From a bacterium (lineage in GTDB: Bacteria > UBA8248), in assembly GCA_965199855.1 (NCBI GenBank), contig OZ241326.1, forward strand, positions 576,001 through 640,000: a stretch of DNA of 64,000 nucleotides, read 5' to 3'. Of this stretch, positions 1-9,170 are shown in pieces (position 1 is the first letter of the stretch; every line of letters starts with the position of its first letter). Made by a program: the position numbers and the translations under genes. Under the pieces are notes generated by a model that was not told the origin of the DNA, did not search any database, and worked only from the letters and a program-made list of their open reading frames with translations.

Positions 1-4
1 AGGC

Positions 5-1333
5 GTGACGGCGATGAGCCTTCTGGTGGGCGTCTTCGTCGGCGGAATGACCGGAGGAAGCATCTCGGCCATCCTGCTGAACATCCCCGGCAATCCCGCC
101 GCCGTCGTCACGAGTCTGGACGGACACCCGCTCGCCAAAAAAGGGCAAGCGGGGATGGCGCTGGGCGCGGCGTTTTTCTCCAGCTTTCTGGGCGGGCTGT
201 TCAGCCTTTTCTGTCTGGCGACCATCGCGCCCCAGTTGGCGGACTTCGCCCTGAACTTCGGCGCGCCGGAGCTGGCGTCGCTGATCCTGCTGGGGCTTTG
301 CCTCATCTGCGGATTCGCCCAGACCTCGATGCGCAGGGCACTCGTCTCGGGCCTGCTCGGCCTGAGCTTCTCCACCGTCGGCATGGACCCCATCGATTCG
401 ATACCGCGCTTCACGTTCTCCGTCGTCCAGATTCAGCAGGGGGTTTCGTTTCTTCCGGTGATGATCGGGCTTTTCGCGGTGCCCGAGATCATATCGGGAG
501 CGCGCGGCGCCGCCGTCTCCCTGCCGGGCTTCTCCACGCGCCTGCGCGATTTGCTGCCCGCCCCGGGAGCCTTTCTCGGACTCTGGAAGACGCTCGCGCG
601 CTCCTCCCTCATCGGAACCGCCGTCGGGCTGCTGCCCGGCACGGGGAGCGCCGTCGCCGCCGTGCTGAGCTACAACGCGGCGCAGCGCCGCTCCCGGGAG
701 CCGGAATCGTTCGGCGCGGGAAATCTGGAGGGCGTATCCGCGCCGGAGGCCGCCAACAGCGCCATGACCGGCGGCGCGATGATTCCGATGCTCACGCTGG
801 GAATCCCCGGCGATCCCGTCACCGCCGTGATGCTCGGCGCGCTCACCATTCAGGGCCTCGCGCCGGGGCCTCTCCTGTTCGAGAGCCACGCCGGCTTCGT
901 GTTTTCCATCTTCGGGTCTTTTCTCGTCGCCCTGTTCCTCACCATCATCGCCGCGCTGCTGGGCATACGCCTGTTCGTTCAGGTGCTGCGCGTGCCTCCC
1001 GGCCTGCTTTTTCCGGGCATCGCCGTGTTCTGCGTCATCGGGGCGTTCGCCCTTCAGAACAGCTTTTTCGACGTGTTCCTGATGATTGGCTTCGGGCTGC
1101 TCGGCTTTTTCATGCGGAAGTTCGACTATCCGATCATGCCCTTGCTGCTGGCGATCATCCTGGGGCCCGTGTTCGAGAAGAACGCCAGAATGTCGCTCAT
1201 CCTCTCGGACGGCGACCCGGGCATCTTCCTGCGCAAGCCGATCAGCCTGATGTTCCTGGCGCTGGCCCTGCTCTATCTCGTCAGCGTTTTTCTCAGGCGG
1301 ACTTCTCTCCAGGAGAAGCGGGGCTCCGCCTGA
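5..1333 (+). CDS. tctA: Tripartite tricarboxylate transporter large permease TctA (5'-partial at window edge)
   Basis: Hydrophobic; GGSISAILLNIPGNP, PEAANSA..GAMIPMLTLGIPG and GPVFEKNAR motifs typical of TctA. Confidence 0.93.
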   Translation: MTAMSLLVGVFVGGMTGGSISAILLNIPGNPAAVVTSLDGHPLAKKGQAGMALGAAFFSSFLGGLFSLFCLATIAPQLADFALNFGAPELASLILLGLCLICGFAQTSMRRALVSGLLGLSFSTVGMDPIDSIPRFTFSVVQIQQGVSFLPVMIGLFAVPEIISGARGAAVSLPGFSTRLRDLLPAPGAFLGLWKTLARSSLIGTAVGLLPGTGSAVAAVLSYNAAQRRSREPESFGAGNLEGVSAPEAANSAMTGGAMIPMLTLGIPGDPVTAVMLGALTIQGLAPGPLLFESHAGFVFSIFGSFLVALFLTIIAALLGIRLFVQVLRVPPGLLFPGIAVFCVIGAFALQNSFFDVFLMIGFGLLGFFMRKFDYPIMPLLLAIILGPVFEKNARMSLILSDGDPGIFLRKPISLMFLALALLYLVSVFLRRTSLQEKRGSA

Positions 1334-1500
1334 TTCCCCGTTTTCCGTCCTTCTTCGCCCGCGCCTCCCGGGGGCCTGCCGAGAATCTCCCCGCCGAGAT
1401 GTTCCACGAGGAACACAGCGAGCAAATGCGCGCAGATGCGGGCAGATGCCGCGGCCTTGCGAAATGACCCCTCCCGGCGCCGCCTTTTCGCATAATCCGT

Positions 1501-1610
1501 TTATTTTCAATGAGTTGATATTTTTCCCGCGCTCTGAAGGGTCTTGAATTTGTCGAAAAAAGGCGCGAATTTGCGGGATAAAGGCGTGAATTTGTCGGAT
1601 TTTGTCGAAA
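1501..1610. promoter_or_regulatory. IHF-like site plus three GAATTTG-core repeats with 21-bp period
   Basis: TTTCAATGAGTTG at 1505-1517 vs IHF consensus WATCAANNNNTTR (1 mismatch); GAATTTG starts at 1546, 1567, 1588. Confidence 0.4.
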
Positions 1611-1860
1611 ACGGAATCGTTTTCGTTATGACGAGGACGGAGCGCGCGCGTCGCTCCTGAAACGCGCAGGGGCGACCCCTCCCCGGGGCCGCCCCACAAC
1701 TCCCGAGCCGCCCGTCGCCGGACGACGCCCCCCGGATTCCGCAATTCCTCCTCCTCGCCGGGATTGACGACGCGAGAACGGCGCGGGGCGAAAAACGCCC
1801 TGACCCATGCCCACGCCTTCGTCATCATCCGCTTCCCGAAACCCATGGTTTCGCCTCCTC

Positions 1861-1933
1861 CCTCTCGCGCCTCCGGAATCTAGCGCGTCGCTCCTTCTGG
1901 CGCGGCATCGCAAATGCGGGCAAATGCGCGATC
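1861..1933 (+). repeat. 73-bp direct repeat, copy 1 (left of RM pair)
   Basis: 70/73 identical to 4383-4455 by manual alignment. Confidence 0.92.
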
Positions 1934-2003
1934 AATCCCGGCAGGGCGGAAGGATTGTCCCGACGGAGGAATGGATTGCGTACGCCGCGGTGAAACGCGC
2001 TCT

Positions 2004-2082
2004 CTGGATTCCGGCCTTCGCCGGAATGACGGCGGAAGGACGCGGGGTTTATGGTTCCGTAGGGGTGGTTCGGAAACCGCCC
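2004..2082. repeat. REP-like palindromes (GGATTCCGGCCTTCGCCGGAATGAC and GTAGGGGTGGTTCGGAAACCGCCC)
   Basis: 2024-2082 is a near reverse complement of ~33915-33970; GTAG-headed hairpin. Confidence 0.75.
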
Positions 2083-2238
2083 GCATCCATAGGATATTCG
2101 CGGGGCGGGGAGGAAACCCCGGCCAATCCGTGCGCGGGACGCGCCCGCCCGGCGGACGGCTGGATGGCCGGCGCGAACCGCCCCGCGCCGGGGATCAGCG
2201 GGATGGAGCCGCGCCGTGATTCGTGGTATCTCCTCTTT

Positions 2239-2907
2239 ATGCCCAACGACTCGCCGAAACCGCGTCTGACGCTCGAAACCCTGCTTGAAGAAGCGCGGGC
2301 GTTCGCCGGGGCCGAATCGGTCTGCGAGGAGCCGGCCATTTACGGCGTGACGGACGGCAAGGCGCTCGGCACGTATTTCGAGCGCAAGTTCCGCGCGCGG
2401 CTGAGCGGGAAGTATCGATTCGAGGCGGGAAGTTCGGCCTTGGGGATTGATTTCCCCGATCTGAACGTCGAAATGAAACTGACCAGCGTCAGGTAGCCGC
2501 AGTCATCCTGCCCGTTCAGGTCGGCCCGCGAAAAAATTTACGGACTGGGTTATTCGCTTCTCGTTTTCGTATATGACAAATTCGACGATCCGGAAGCGGC
2601 CGTGGGAACGCTTCGCATCCTCCACGCCATATTCATCGAATCGAGGAGAACGGGAGACTTCCAGACGTCAAGCGGCATTCTCGGCATCCTGGAAAACAAC
2701 GGAAACGCCGAGGATTTGGTCGCCTTCATGCGGGAGCGGAATCTGCCCGTTGACGACATTCAGGCCCTGCGGCTGGCGGAGGAGGTGATGGAGAATCCGC
2801 CGCAACCGGGATATTTGACGATTTCGAACGCCCTCCAGTGGCGGCTGCAATACAAGAGAGTCATCGAGACGGCGGGGGCCGTGGACGGCGTTCAGAAAAT
2901 CCGGTGA
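2239..2907 (+). pseudogene. Type II restriction endonuclease interrupted by in-frame TAG at 2494-2496
   Basis: ORFs 1807-2496 and 2602-2907 share a frame; read-through gives GIDFPDLNVEMKLTSVR*PQSSCPFRSAREKIYGLGY (PD-(D/E)xK-like); 7 bp upstream of a methyltransferase. Confidence 0.8.
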
Positions 2908-2914
2908 CGCGGGC

Positions 2915-4405
2915 ATGGCGCGAAAAGCGGTGAAAATCGAATTCGGCGATTTCCAGACGCCCGCCGCGCTGGCGGGGGACGTCTGCGCGCTGCTGGCTCG
3001 CGCGATGCCGCCTCCCGCTTCCATCGTCGAGCCTTCATGCGGAACGGGCGCGTTCCTCGTCGCCGCTTTGAGGCGGTTTCCGAAAGCGAAAGCGGCGCTC
3101 GGATTCGAGATAAATCCCCGATACGTCGAAGCGGCGAGGCGGGCTCTTGCGGGGGCGGACGCCCGCGTCAGCGTCGAGCGCGTGGATTTTTTCAGGGCCG
3201 ACTGGGGGCGTCTGCTTCGGGGGCTCCCGGAGCCGCTGCTCATCATCGGCAATCCGCCCTGGGTGACCAGCGCCGCGCTCGGCAGGATGAGCGGCTCCAA
3301 CCTGCCGGCGAAGAGCAATTTTCTCGGTCTCGGCGGCATGGACGCCATGACGGGCAAAAGCAATTTCGACATCTCCGAGTGGATGCTTCTGAATCATCTC
3401 CACTGGATCGAGGGCCGCCGCGCGACGCTCGCCATGCTGTGCAAGACGACCGTGGCGCGCAAGGTTCTGGCCTATGCGTGGAGAAAGCGCATGGGCCTGG
3501 GCCGGGCGTCGATTTACGCCATCGACGCCGCCGCGCATTTCGGCGCGGCGGTGGACGCATGTCTTCTCGTGTGCTCCTCGACGCCTGGACGCCGCGCTTT
3601 CGACTGCTCCGTCCATGACGCGATTGACGCGGAAGCGCCGACGCGCGCGATCGGCTTTCGGGATGGCCAGATGGTGGCGGAGGCCGCGCTCTACGATCGC
3701 TGGAAGCATCTGCGGGGAGAAAGCGCGCATCGGTGGCGCTCCGGGCCGAAGCACGACTGCTCCGGGGTCATGGAATTTCGGAAGGAGGGCGGGCGCTACC
3801 GGAACGGCCTGGGCGAACTCGTCGAGCTGGAAAGCCGGTATCTGTATCCCATGCTGAAAAGCGCGGAACTCGCCAACGGGAGGACGGAGACGCCGAAGCG
3901 GTGGATGCTGGTTACGCAGCGAAGCGTCGGGGAGGATACGAGCGCGATTCGGGACCGCGCCCCGAAGACGTGGAGGTATCTCCAGGCGCACGCGGACCGG
4001 CTGGACCGGCGCCGAAGCTCGATCTACAGAAACCGGCCCCGCTTTTCCATGTTCGCCGTCGGCCCCTACACGTTCAGTTCCTGGAAGGTGGCGATTTCCG
4101 GCTTCTACAAGAGGCTCGACTTCAGGACGCTGGGCGAAGCGGGGGGCAAGCCGATCCTTCTCGACGACACCTGTTATTTTCTCCCCTTCGACGATGAGCG
4201 GCAGGCGCGCCTGACGGCCGGTTTGCTCAACTCCGAGCCGGCGAGGGGATTTCTGAACGCCTTTGTCTTCTGGGACGCGAAGCGCCCGGTCACCATTGAT
4301 ATCCTGCGGCGGCTCGATATCGGGGCGCTGGCTCTCGAATGCGGAATCGAGCTCGAACCCGCCGCGCCGGGCGAACGGGACGCCTCCCGCGCCTCCGGAA
4401 TCTAG
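2915..4405 (+). CDS. N6-adenine DNA methyltransferase (gamma class, TaqI/Eco57I-like)
   Basis: GDFQTP (motif X), EPSCGTGAF (motif I), GNPPW (motif IV). Confidence 0.9.
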   Translation: MARKAVKIEFGDFQTPAALAGDVCALLARAMPPPASIVEPSCGTGAFLVAALRRFPKAKAALGFEINPRYVEAARRALAGADARVSVERVDFFRADWGRLLRGLPEPLLIIGNPPWVTSAALGRMSGSNLPAKSNFLGLGGMDAMTGKSNFDISEWMLLNHLHWIEGRRATLAMLCKTTVARKVLAYAWRKRMGLGRASIYAIDAAAHFGAAVDACLLVCSSTPGRRAFDCSVHDAIDAEAPTRAIGFRDGQMVAEAALYDRWKHLRGESAHRWRSGPKHDCSGVMEFRKEGGRYRNGLGELVELESRYLYPMLKSAELANGRTETPKRWMLVTQRSVGEDTSAIRDRAPKTWRYLQAHADRLDRRRSSIYRNRPRFSMFAVGPYTFSSWKVAISGFYKRLDFRTLGEAGGKPILLDDTCYFLPFDDERQARLTAGLLNSEPARGFLNAFVFWDAKRPVTIDILRRLDIGALALECGIELEPAAPGERDASRASGI

Positions 4406-4455
4406 CGAGCCGCTCCTTCTGGCGCGGCATCGCAAATGCGGGCAAATGCGCGATC
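4383..4455 (+). repeat. 73-bp direct repeat, copy 2 (contains the methyltransferase stop codon)
   Basis: 70/73 identical to 1861-1933. Confidence 0.92.
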
Positions 4456-4489
4456 GATTCGAGGATTTTCCCTTCATTCAGGCGTATCG

Positions 4490-4732
4490 GAGGGCAAGCG
4501 CGTCATCCCCGGCGTGATCGATTCCACCTCGAACTTCGTCGAGCATCCCGAACTGGTGGCCGACCGCATCGTTCGCTGCGCCGCCGCGGTCGGACGGGAA
4601 AACGTCATCGCCGGCGTCGATTGCGGCTTCGGCGCCTTCGCCGGCCGGGTTCAGGTGGATCGCCGCATCGTGTGGATGAAGCTGGCCGCCCTCGCCGAGG
4701 GCGCGGCGCTGGCCTCGAAGCGGCTCTGGTAG
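4490..4732 (+). pseudogene. C-terminal remnant of a cobalamin-independent methionine synthase II (MetE-like) family gene
   Basis: VIPGVIDSTSNFVEHPELVADRI..GRENVIAGVDCGF..W.KLAALAEGAALASKRLW; no N-terminal part present. Confidence 0.8.
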
Positions 4733-4940
4733 GACGGGGCGAAGGCCGGCGAACGAGAGCGGCCGCCCTTAAGCGATAGCCGGCAGCCGCCCCGGGCGGC
4801 GGGCGGGACCCGAACCCTTCCCCTTTCTGATTTCCCGCTCCCCCGTTTTTCCCGAAAAGCGGTCTGGTTTTTCGCGCCATGGCGCCGTTGGACGGCTCCG
4901 CCTTCCCCGCCGGGCGAAAAATATAATTTTCCCGACCGGC

Positions 4941-4970
4941 TTGACAAAAGAAAAACAGGGAATATATTAT
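4941..4970 (+). promoter_or_regulatory. Sigma70-type promoter of hsp20
   Basis: TTGACA at 4941-4946, TATATT/TATTAT at 4963-4970 in an AT-rich patch. Confidence 0.7.
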
Positions 4971-4984
4971 TTTTTAGAAATAAG

Positions 4985-5013
4985 ATTATATGAGTGTAAT
5001 TAACTCATATAAT
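4985..5013. promoter_or_regulatory. HAIR-like (HspR-type) operator
   Basis: Perfect 11-bp inverted repeat ATTATATGAGT-N7-ACTCATATAAT; core TGAGT-N7-ACTCA as in HAIR CTTGAGT-N7-ACTCAAG. Confidence 0.65.
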
Positions 5014-5075
5014 TGGTTTTTCAAGCGGGGCGGCAGAGCCCCTCAGACAAACCCGCACCATGAGGAGGACGCACG

Positions 5076-5489
5076 ATGTCGAACATGACGAGACGCGCTT
5101 CGTTCCATGATCTGGTCGGTCGGATGCTCGAGGAGACGATCGCGAAGCCTTTCGCGCAGGATTCCGAGGAGGGGCTTCTGCCCGTCGATGTCTCGCAGAC
5201 GGAGAAGGATGTCGTGGTCCGGGCGTCCATCCCCGGATTCCGGAAGGAGGACGTCGACGTTCGCGTCGAAAAGGGGGTTCTCTCCATCAAGGCCTCGAAG
5301 CAGGCCGAGGAGGTCAACGGCGAGAGATACTACCGCCGCGAGCGCTTCACGGGCTCCCTGAGCCGCCGCATCGCGCTGCCGGGCATGGTGCGGGATCACG
5401 ATTCGACCGCGGAGCTCAGGGACGGCGTCCTCACGCTTCGCGTCCCCATCGCCGAGGAAGCCAAGCCGAAGCAGATCGTGATTCAGTAG
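5076..5489 (+). CDS. Hsp20/alpha-crystallin small heat shock protein
   Basis: LPVDVSQT..ASIPGFRKEDVDV..GVLSI..RRERFTGSLSRRIALP..AELRDGVLTLRVP; RBS GAGGAGG. Confidence 0.95.
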   Translation: MSNMTRRASFHDLVGRMLEETIAKPFAQDSEEGLLPVDVSQTEKDVVVRASIPGFRKEDVDVRVEKGVLSIKASKQAEEVNGERYYRRERFTGSLSRRIALPGMVRDHDSTAELRDGVLTLRVPIAEEAKPKQIVIQ

Positions 5490-5993
5490 GACGGACGGCG
5501 CGGCGGCGCCCGGGCCCTTCCCGACCCGGGCGTCGCCGCGCGTCGAAGGCGGAATTTTCGCCTGCGGGGAATTCTCCTTCGTCGCCCTGTCCCCGCTCAC
5601 CATGACGCCGCCGGGGGGCGCTTCCTCCTCCGCGGGAACGAGATCGCCCCTGCGGCGCTCCTCGGTTTGCGAACCCGGAAGAGCGGAGCCGGCGGCCCGC
5701 GAGGTCACGACCTCGGCGCGGTCGATGGCTTCCGGCGGCGAATCCTCGAAGCGGAGCGCCGCGTCCCGGGAGCCGAGAGGCTGATTTCGCGCGGGTCGCC
5801 CATGGGACGGGGAATCCCCGAAACGCGAAGGAAACGAAACCGAAACGGCAATTTAACCGAACCGCAAGACGCCCGTAAAGAACGCCCCCTATATTTCCGC
5901 TTCGTCGGAGAGGATTCTCGCGCTTCACTTTTCAGGGCCGCGCCGTCCGGCTTCCCGGACGGGCGGCGGCGCAAAGAGGGGGAGATCAGGAAA

Positions 5994-7319
5994 ATGAGGA
6001 ACGGAAAGCTGGCTGGGGCGGAAAAGGTTTCTCGCCGGGGGTTTCTGAAGAAGGCGGGAGCGGCGGGGCTCGGCGCGGCGGCGGCGAGCGCGCTGCCGTT
6101 TCCGAACGTGCTTCGGGCGGCGGAGCCCGTCAAAATCGGGGTTCTGCACTCTTTGAGCGGGACCATGGCGATCAGCGAGGTTTCGCTGCGCGACGTCGTC
6201 CTGATGGCCGTGGAGGAGATCAACGCCGCGGGCGGGGTGATGAAGCGTCCCGTCAAGCCCGTCGTCGTCGATCCGGCCTCGGACTGGGATTTGTTCGCCG
6301 AGAAGGCGAAGCAGCTCCTCCTCAGGGAAAAGGTGACCGCGACCTTCGGCTGCTGGACGTCGGTGAGCCGAAAGTCCGTCCTGCCCGTGTATGAGAAGAA
6401 CAACGGACTCCTCTTCTACCCGGTTCAATACGAGGGGGAGGAGTGCTCCCGAAACGTCTTCTACACGGGCGCGACGCCGAACCAGCAGCTGATACCGGCG
6501 GCGGAATACATGATGAGCGAGGACGGCGGCGGGTTCAGGAAGTTCTACCTGCTCGGCACGGACTACGTCTTCCCGCGCACGGCGAACAAGATACTCAGGG
6601 CCTTCCTGCTGGCGAAGGGCGTGCCGGCGGCGAACATCATGGAGGAATACACGCCGTTCCACCACCAGGACTACCAGACCATCGTGAGCAAGGTGAAGTC
6701 GTTCGCCTCGGGCGGCGACGCCGCCGTGCTGAGCACCATCAACGGCGACAGCAACGTTCCCTTCTACAAGGAGTTCGCGAACCAGGGGCTGCGCTCGGAG
6801 GACGTGCCCATCATGGCGTTCAGCGTGGCGGAGGACGAGCTTCGCGGCATGGACGCCAAGTCGCTCGTCGGGCATCTGGCCGCCTGGAACTACTATCAGT
6901 CGATCAGCACGCCGCAGAACAGGAAATTCGTCAAGAACTTCAAGATGTATTGCAAGAGAAGGGGCCTGCCGGGCGGGGCGAGCCGGGTGACGGACGATCC
7001 CATCGAGGCGGCCTATCTCGGCGTCCACATCTGGAAGAAGGCGGTGGAGAAGGCGGGCGCGACGGCCGTGGACGCCGTCCGCAAGGCGGCCTACGGCATG
7101 GGCTTCGAGGCGCCGGGAGGGTTCAAGAAGATCGACGAGAAGAACCACCACCTGCACAAGCCGGTGCTGATCGGGGAAATCCTCAAGAACGGACAGTTCC
7201 GCATCGTCTCGCGGACGAAGGGGCTCGTGGCGCCCGAGCCCTGGAGCAAATACACGAGCCCGGACAAGAGCTGCGACTGGGTGAATCACCAGGGAACCTA
7301 CACGAAGACGCAAGCCTAG
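5994..7319 (+). CDS. urtA: Urea ABC transporter substrate-binding protein
   Basis: Tat signal SRRGFLK; GVLHSLSGTMAISE, FGCWTSVSRK, YPVQYEG, GTDYVFPR. Confidence 0.95.
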   Translation: MRNGKLAGAEKVSRRGFLKKAGAAGLGAAAASALPFPNVLRAAEPVKIGVLHSLSGTMAISEVSLRDVVLMAVEEINAAGGVMKRPVKPVVVDPASDWDLFAEKAKQLLLREKVTATFGCWTSVSRKSVLPVYEKNNGLLFYPVQYEGEECSRNVFYTGATPNQQLIPAAEYMMSEDGGGFRKFYLLGTDYVFPRTANKILRAFLLAKGVPAANIMEEYTPFHHQDYQTIVSKVKSFASGGDAAVLSTINGDSNVPFYKEFANQGLRSEDVPIMAFSVAEDELRGMDAKSLVGHLAAWNYYQSISTPQNRKFVKNFKMYCKRRGLPGGASRVTDDPIEAAYLGVHIWKKAVEKAGATAVDAVRKAAYGMGFEAPGGFKKIDEKNHHLHKPVLIGEILKNGQFRIVSRTKGLVAPEPWSKYTSPDKSCDWVNHQGTYTKTQA

Positions 7320-7328
7320 CCGCAAGAA

Positions 7329-7378
7329 CCGCCCATGGAGGAGCGCCCGGGACTGGTCGGGCGCTCCTCCATGGGCGG
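7329..7378. terminator. 20-bp perfect inverted repeat between urtA and urtB (mRNA stabiliser/attenuator)
   Basis: CCGCCCATGGAGGAGCGCCC ... GGGCGCTCCTCCATGGGCGG. Confidence 0.6.
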
Positions 7379-7435
7379 CCCAAAAACAGAATCCGTGAAC
7401 TGCGAATCCCGGCGGCGCGGGGCGAAGGAGGGAGC

Positions 7436-9166
7436 ATGAGGCGGGCCGGAATGGCGGCGATTCCGCGCGGAGCGGCGCTCGGGTGCCTCGCCCCCTGCGT
7501 CCTCGCTTCGGTTCTCGCGTCCGGCTTCGGCCTCGCGTGGGAGCGGGAGGCGCGGGCCGGGACGTTTTCACCGGAAATCCGGGCGGAAATCGCGCAGCTG
7601 GAATCGAGAGACGGAAAGACGAGAAGACGCGCGGCCCTCGCTCTCGCGAAGCGCCTGGATCCGAAGCTGCTGCCTCTTCTTCTGGCGCTTCGGGAGGGCG
7701 GTCTTTATCGATGGAGGCCCGCGTCGGGGCGGGCGCGAATCGTCATCGGCGGAGACGCCCTGACGCGCGGCGGCGAGGAGCGCGTCCCCCTTTTCTCCAT
7801 CCAGGGGAAAAAGCCTCTCGCCTCCCCGGACGGGAAGCCCCTCCTCGCTCCCGCCGGGCAGCTCGCCGAGATTCGCGCCGGCCGGAGAATCCGCCGCGCG
7901 ATCAGACCCTATATCAGCCGGCTCCAGAGCGCCGCGCAGCTGCGTTCCGCCGATCCGAACGCGCGGCGCGCCGCGGCCACGCGCCTGGCGAGGGTGGGGG
8001 ATCAAACCCTCATTCCGCTGCTGGACGGGGCTTTGAAGGATGAGGCGCACTGGCTGGGCCGCCACGCGCTCGTGGAGGCGAAGGCGCTGATCCGCCTCAA
8101 ATCGCCCGATCCCGGGCAAAGACGCGCGGCCGCCGCCGTTCTCGGCGAGATTCGCGGGCTGAACGCCCTCTCCGAGCTCAGGCGTCAGGCGAAGGAGGAC
8201 GCGGCGCGCTCCGCGCGCGAGGCGGCGCGCGAGGCCGTCGGGGAAATCGAGCGCTACCTGGGCTGGACGTCCGTCCTCGGCGTCCTGTTCCGGGGGCTGA
8301 GCCTGGGCTCCATCCTGCTGCTGATGGCGCTGGGGCTGGCCGTCGTCTTCGGGCTGATGGGCGTGATCAACATGGCGCACGGAGAGTTGATGATGCTGGG
8401 CGCATACGCCGCCTTTCTCGTCCAGGGCGCGTTCATCGCGCATTTTCCCGAAAATTATTTCGGCTGGTATTTCCTGGCGGCGCTTCCCGCCGCTTTTCTG
8501 GCTTCGGCGCTGATGGGCTGGCTGATGGAAGCCTCCATCATCCGCCACCTGTACGGCAGGCCGCTGGAGACCCTTTTGACCACCTGGGGGATCAGCCTGA
8601 TCCTGCGGCAGGCGGTTCGCCAGGCGTTCGGCGCGCAGAACGTGGACGTGAAGTCTCCCGGGTGGCTGAGCGGGGGCTATCACCTGATGGTCGGCGTCCA
8701 GTTTCCCTACAACCGGCTTTTCGTCATCGCGCTGGCCGCCTTGTGCGTTGCGGGCGCCTACGGGCTTCTCTTCCGCACCCGGGCGGGGCTGCGGATTCGC
8801 GCGGTGACCCAGAACCGGGGCATGAGCGCCTGCCTGGGCGTTCGCTCGAGGCGCGTGGACGCGGGCGCGTTCGCCTTCGGCGCCGGGCTGGCGGGGCTGG
8901 CGGGGGCGGCGCTGAGCCAGATCGGGAACGTGGGGCCCGACCTGGGGCAGAACTACATCGTGGATTCCTTCATGGTCGTGGTGACGGGAGGGGTCGGGAA
9001 AATCCTGGGTACCATCGTGGCGGGCCTGGGCATCGGCGGGATGAACAAGGCGCTCGAGCCGGCGATGGGCGCGGTGTTCGGCAAGGTGGTGATTCTCGCG
9101 CTGGTCATCCTCTTCCTGCAAAGAAGGCCGGAGGGCCTGTTCGCCATCCGGACGAGAGGGGCCTGA
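7436..9166 (+). CDS. urtB: Urea ABC transporter permease with N-terminal HEAT-like domain
   Basis: GLSLGSILLLMALGL..FGLMGVINMAHGE, RHLYGRPLETLL, YIVDSFMVVV; start chosen by RBS. Confidence 0.92.
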   Translation: MRRAGMAAIPRGAALGCLAPCVLASVLASGFGLAWEREARAGTFSPEIRAEIAQLESRDGKTRRRAALALAKRLDPKLLPLLLALREGGLYRWRPASGRARIVIGGDALTRGGEERVPLFSIQGKKPLASPDGKPLLAPAGQLAEIRAGRRIRRAIRPYISRLQSAAQLRSADPNARRAAATRLARVGDQTLIPLLDGALKDEAHWLGRHALVEAKALIRLKSPDPGQRRAAAAVLGEIRGLNALSELRRQAKEDAARSAREAAREAVGEIERYLGWTSVLGVLFRGLSLGSILLLMALGLAVVFGLMGVINMAHGELMMLGAYAAFLVQGAFIAHFPENYFGWYFLAALPAAFLASALMGWLMEASIIRHLYGRPLETLLTTWGISLILRQAVRQAFGAQNVDVKSPGWLSGGYHLMVGVQFPYNRLFVIALAALCVAGAYGLLFRTRAGLRIRAVTQNRGMSACLGVRSRRVDAGAFAFGAGLAGLAGAALSQIGNVGPDLGQNYIVDSFMVVVTGGVGKILGTIVAGLGIGGMNKALEPAMGAVFGKVVILALVILFLQRRPEGLFAIRTRGA

Positions 9167-9170
9167 GCCG

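Noticed and set aside
2494-2496. Pyrrolysine or genome-wide TAG recoding
   Set aside because: TAG terminates many conserved genes here at their expected ends; no pyl genes in the window
5490-5993. Riboswitch or sigma54/NtrC site upstream of urtA
   Set aside because: No recognisable consensus found by eye
7436-8260. HEAT-like N-terminal extension of UrtB as novel
   Set aside because: Long N-terminal extracytoplasmic domains are common in UrtB
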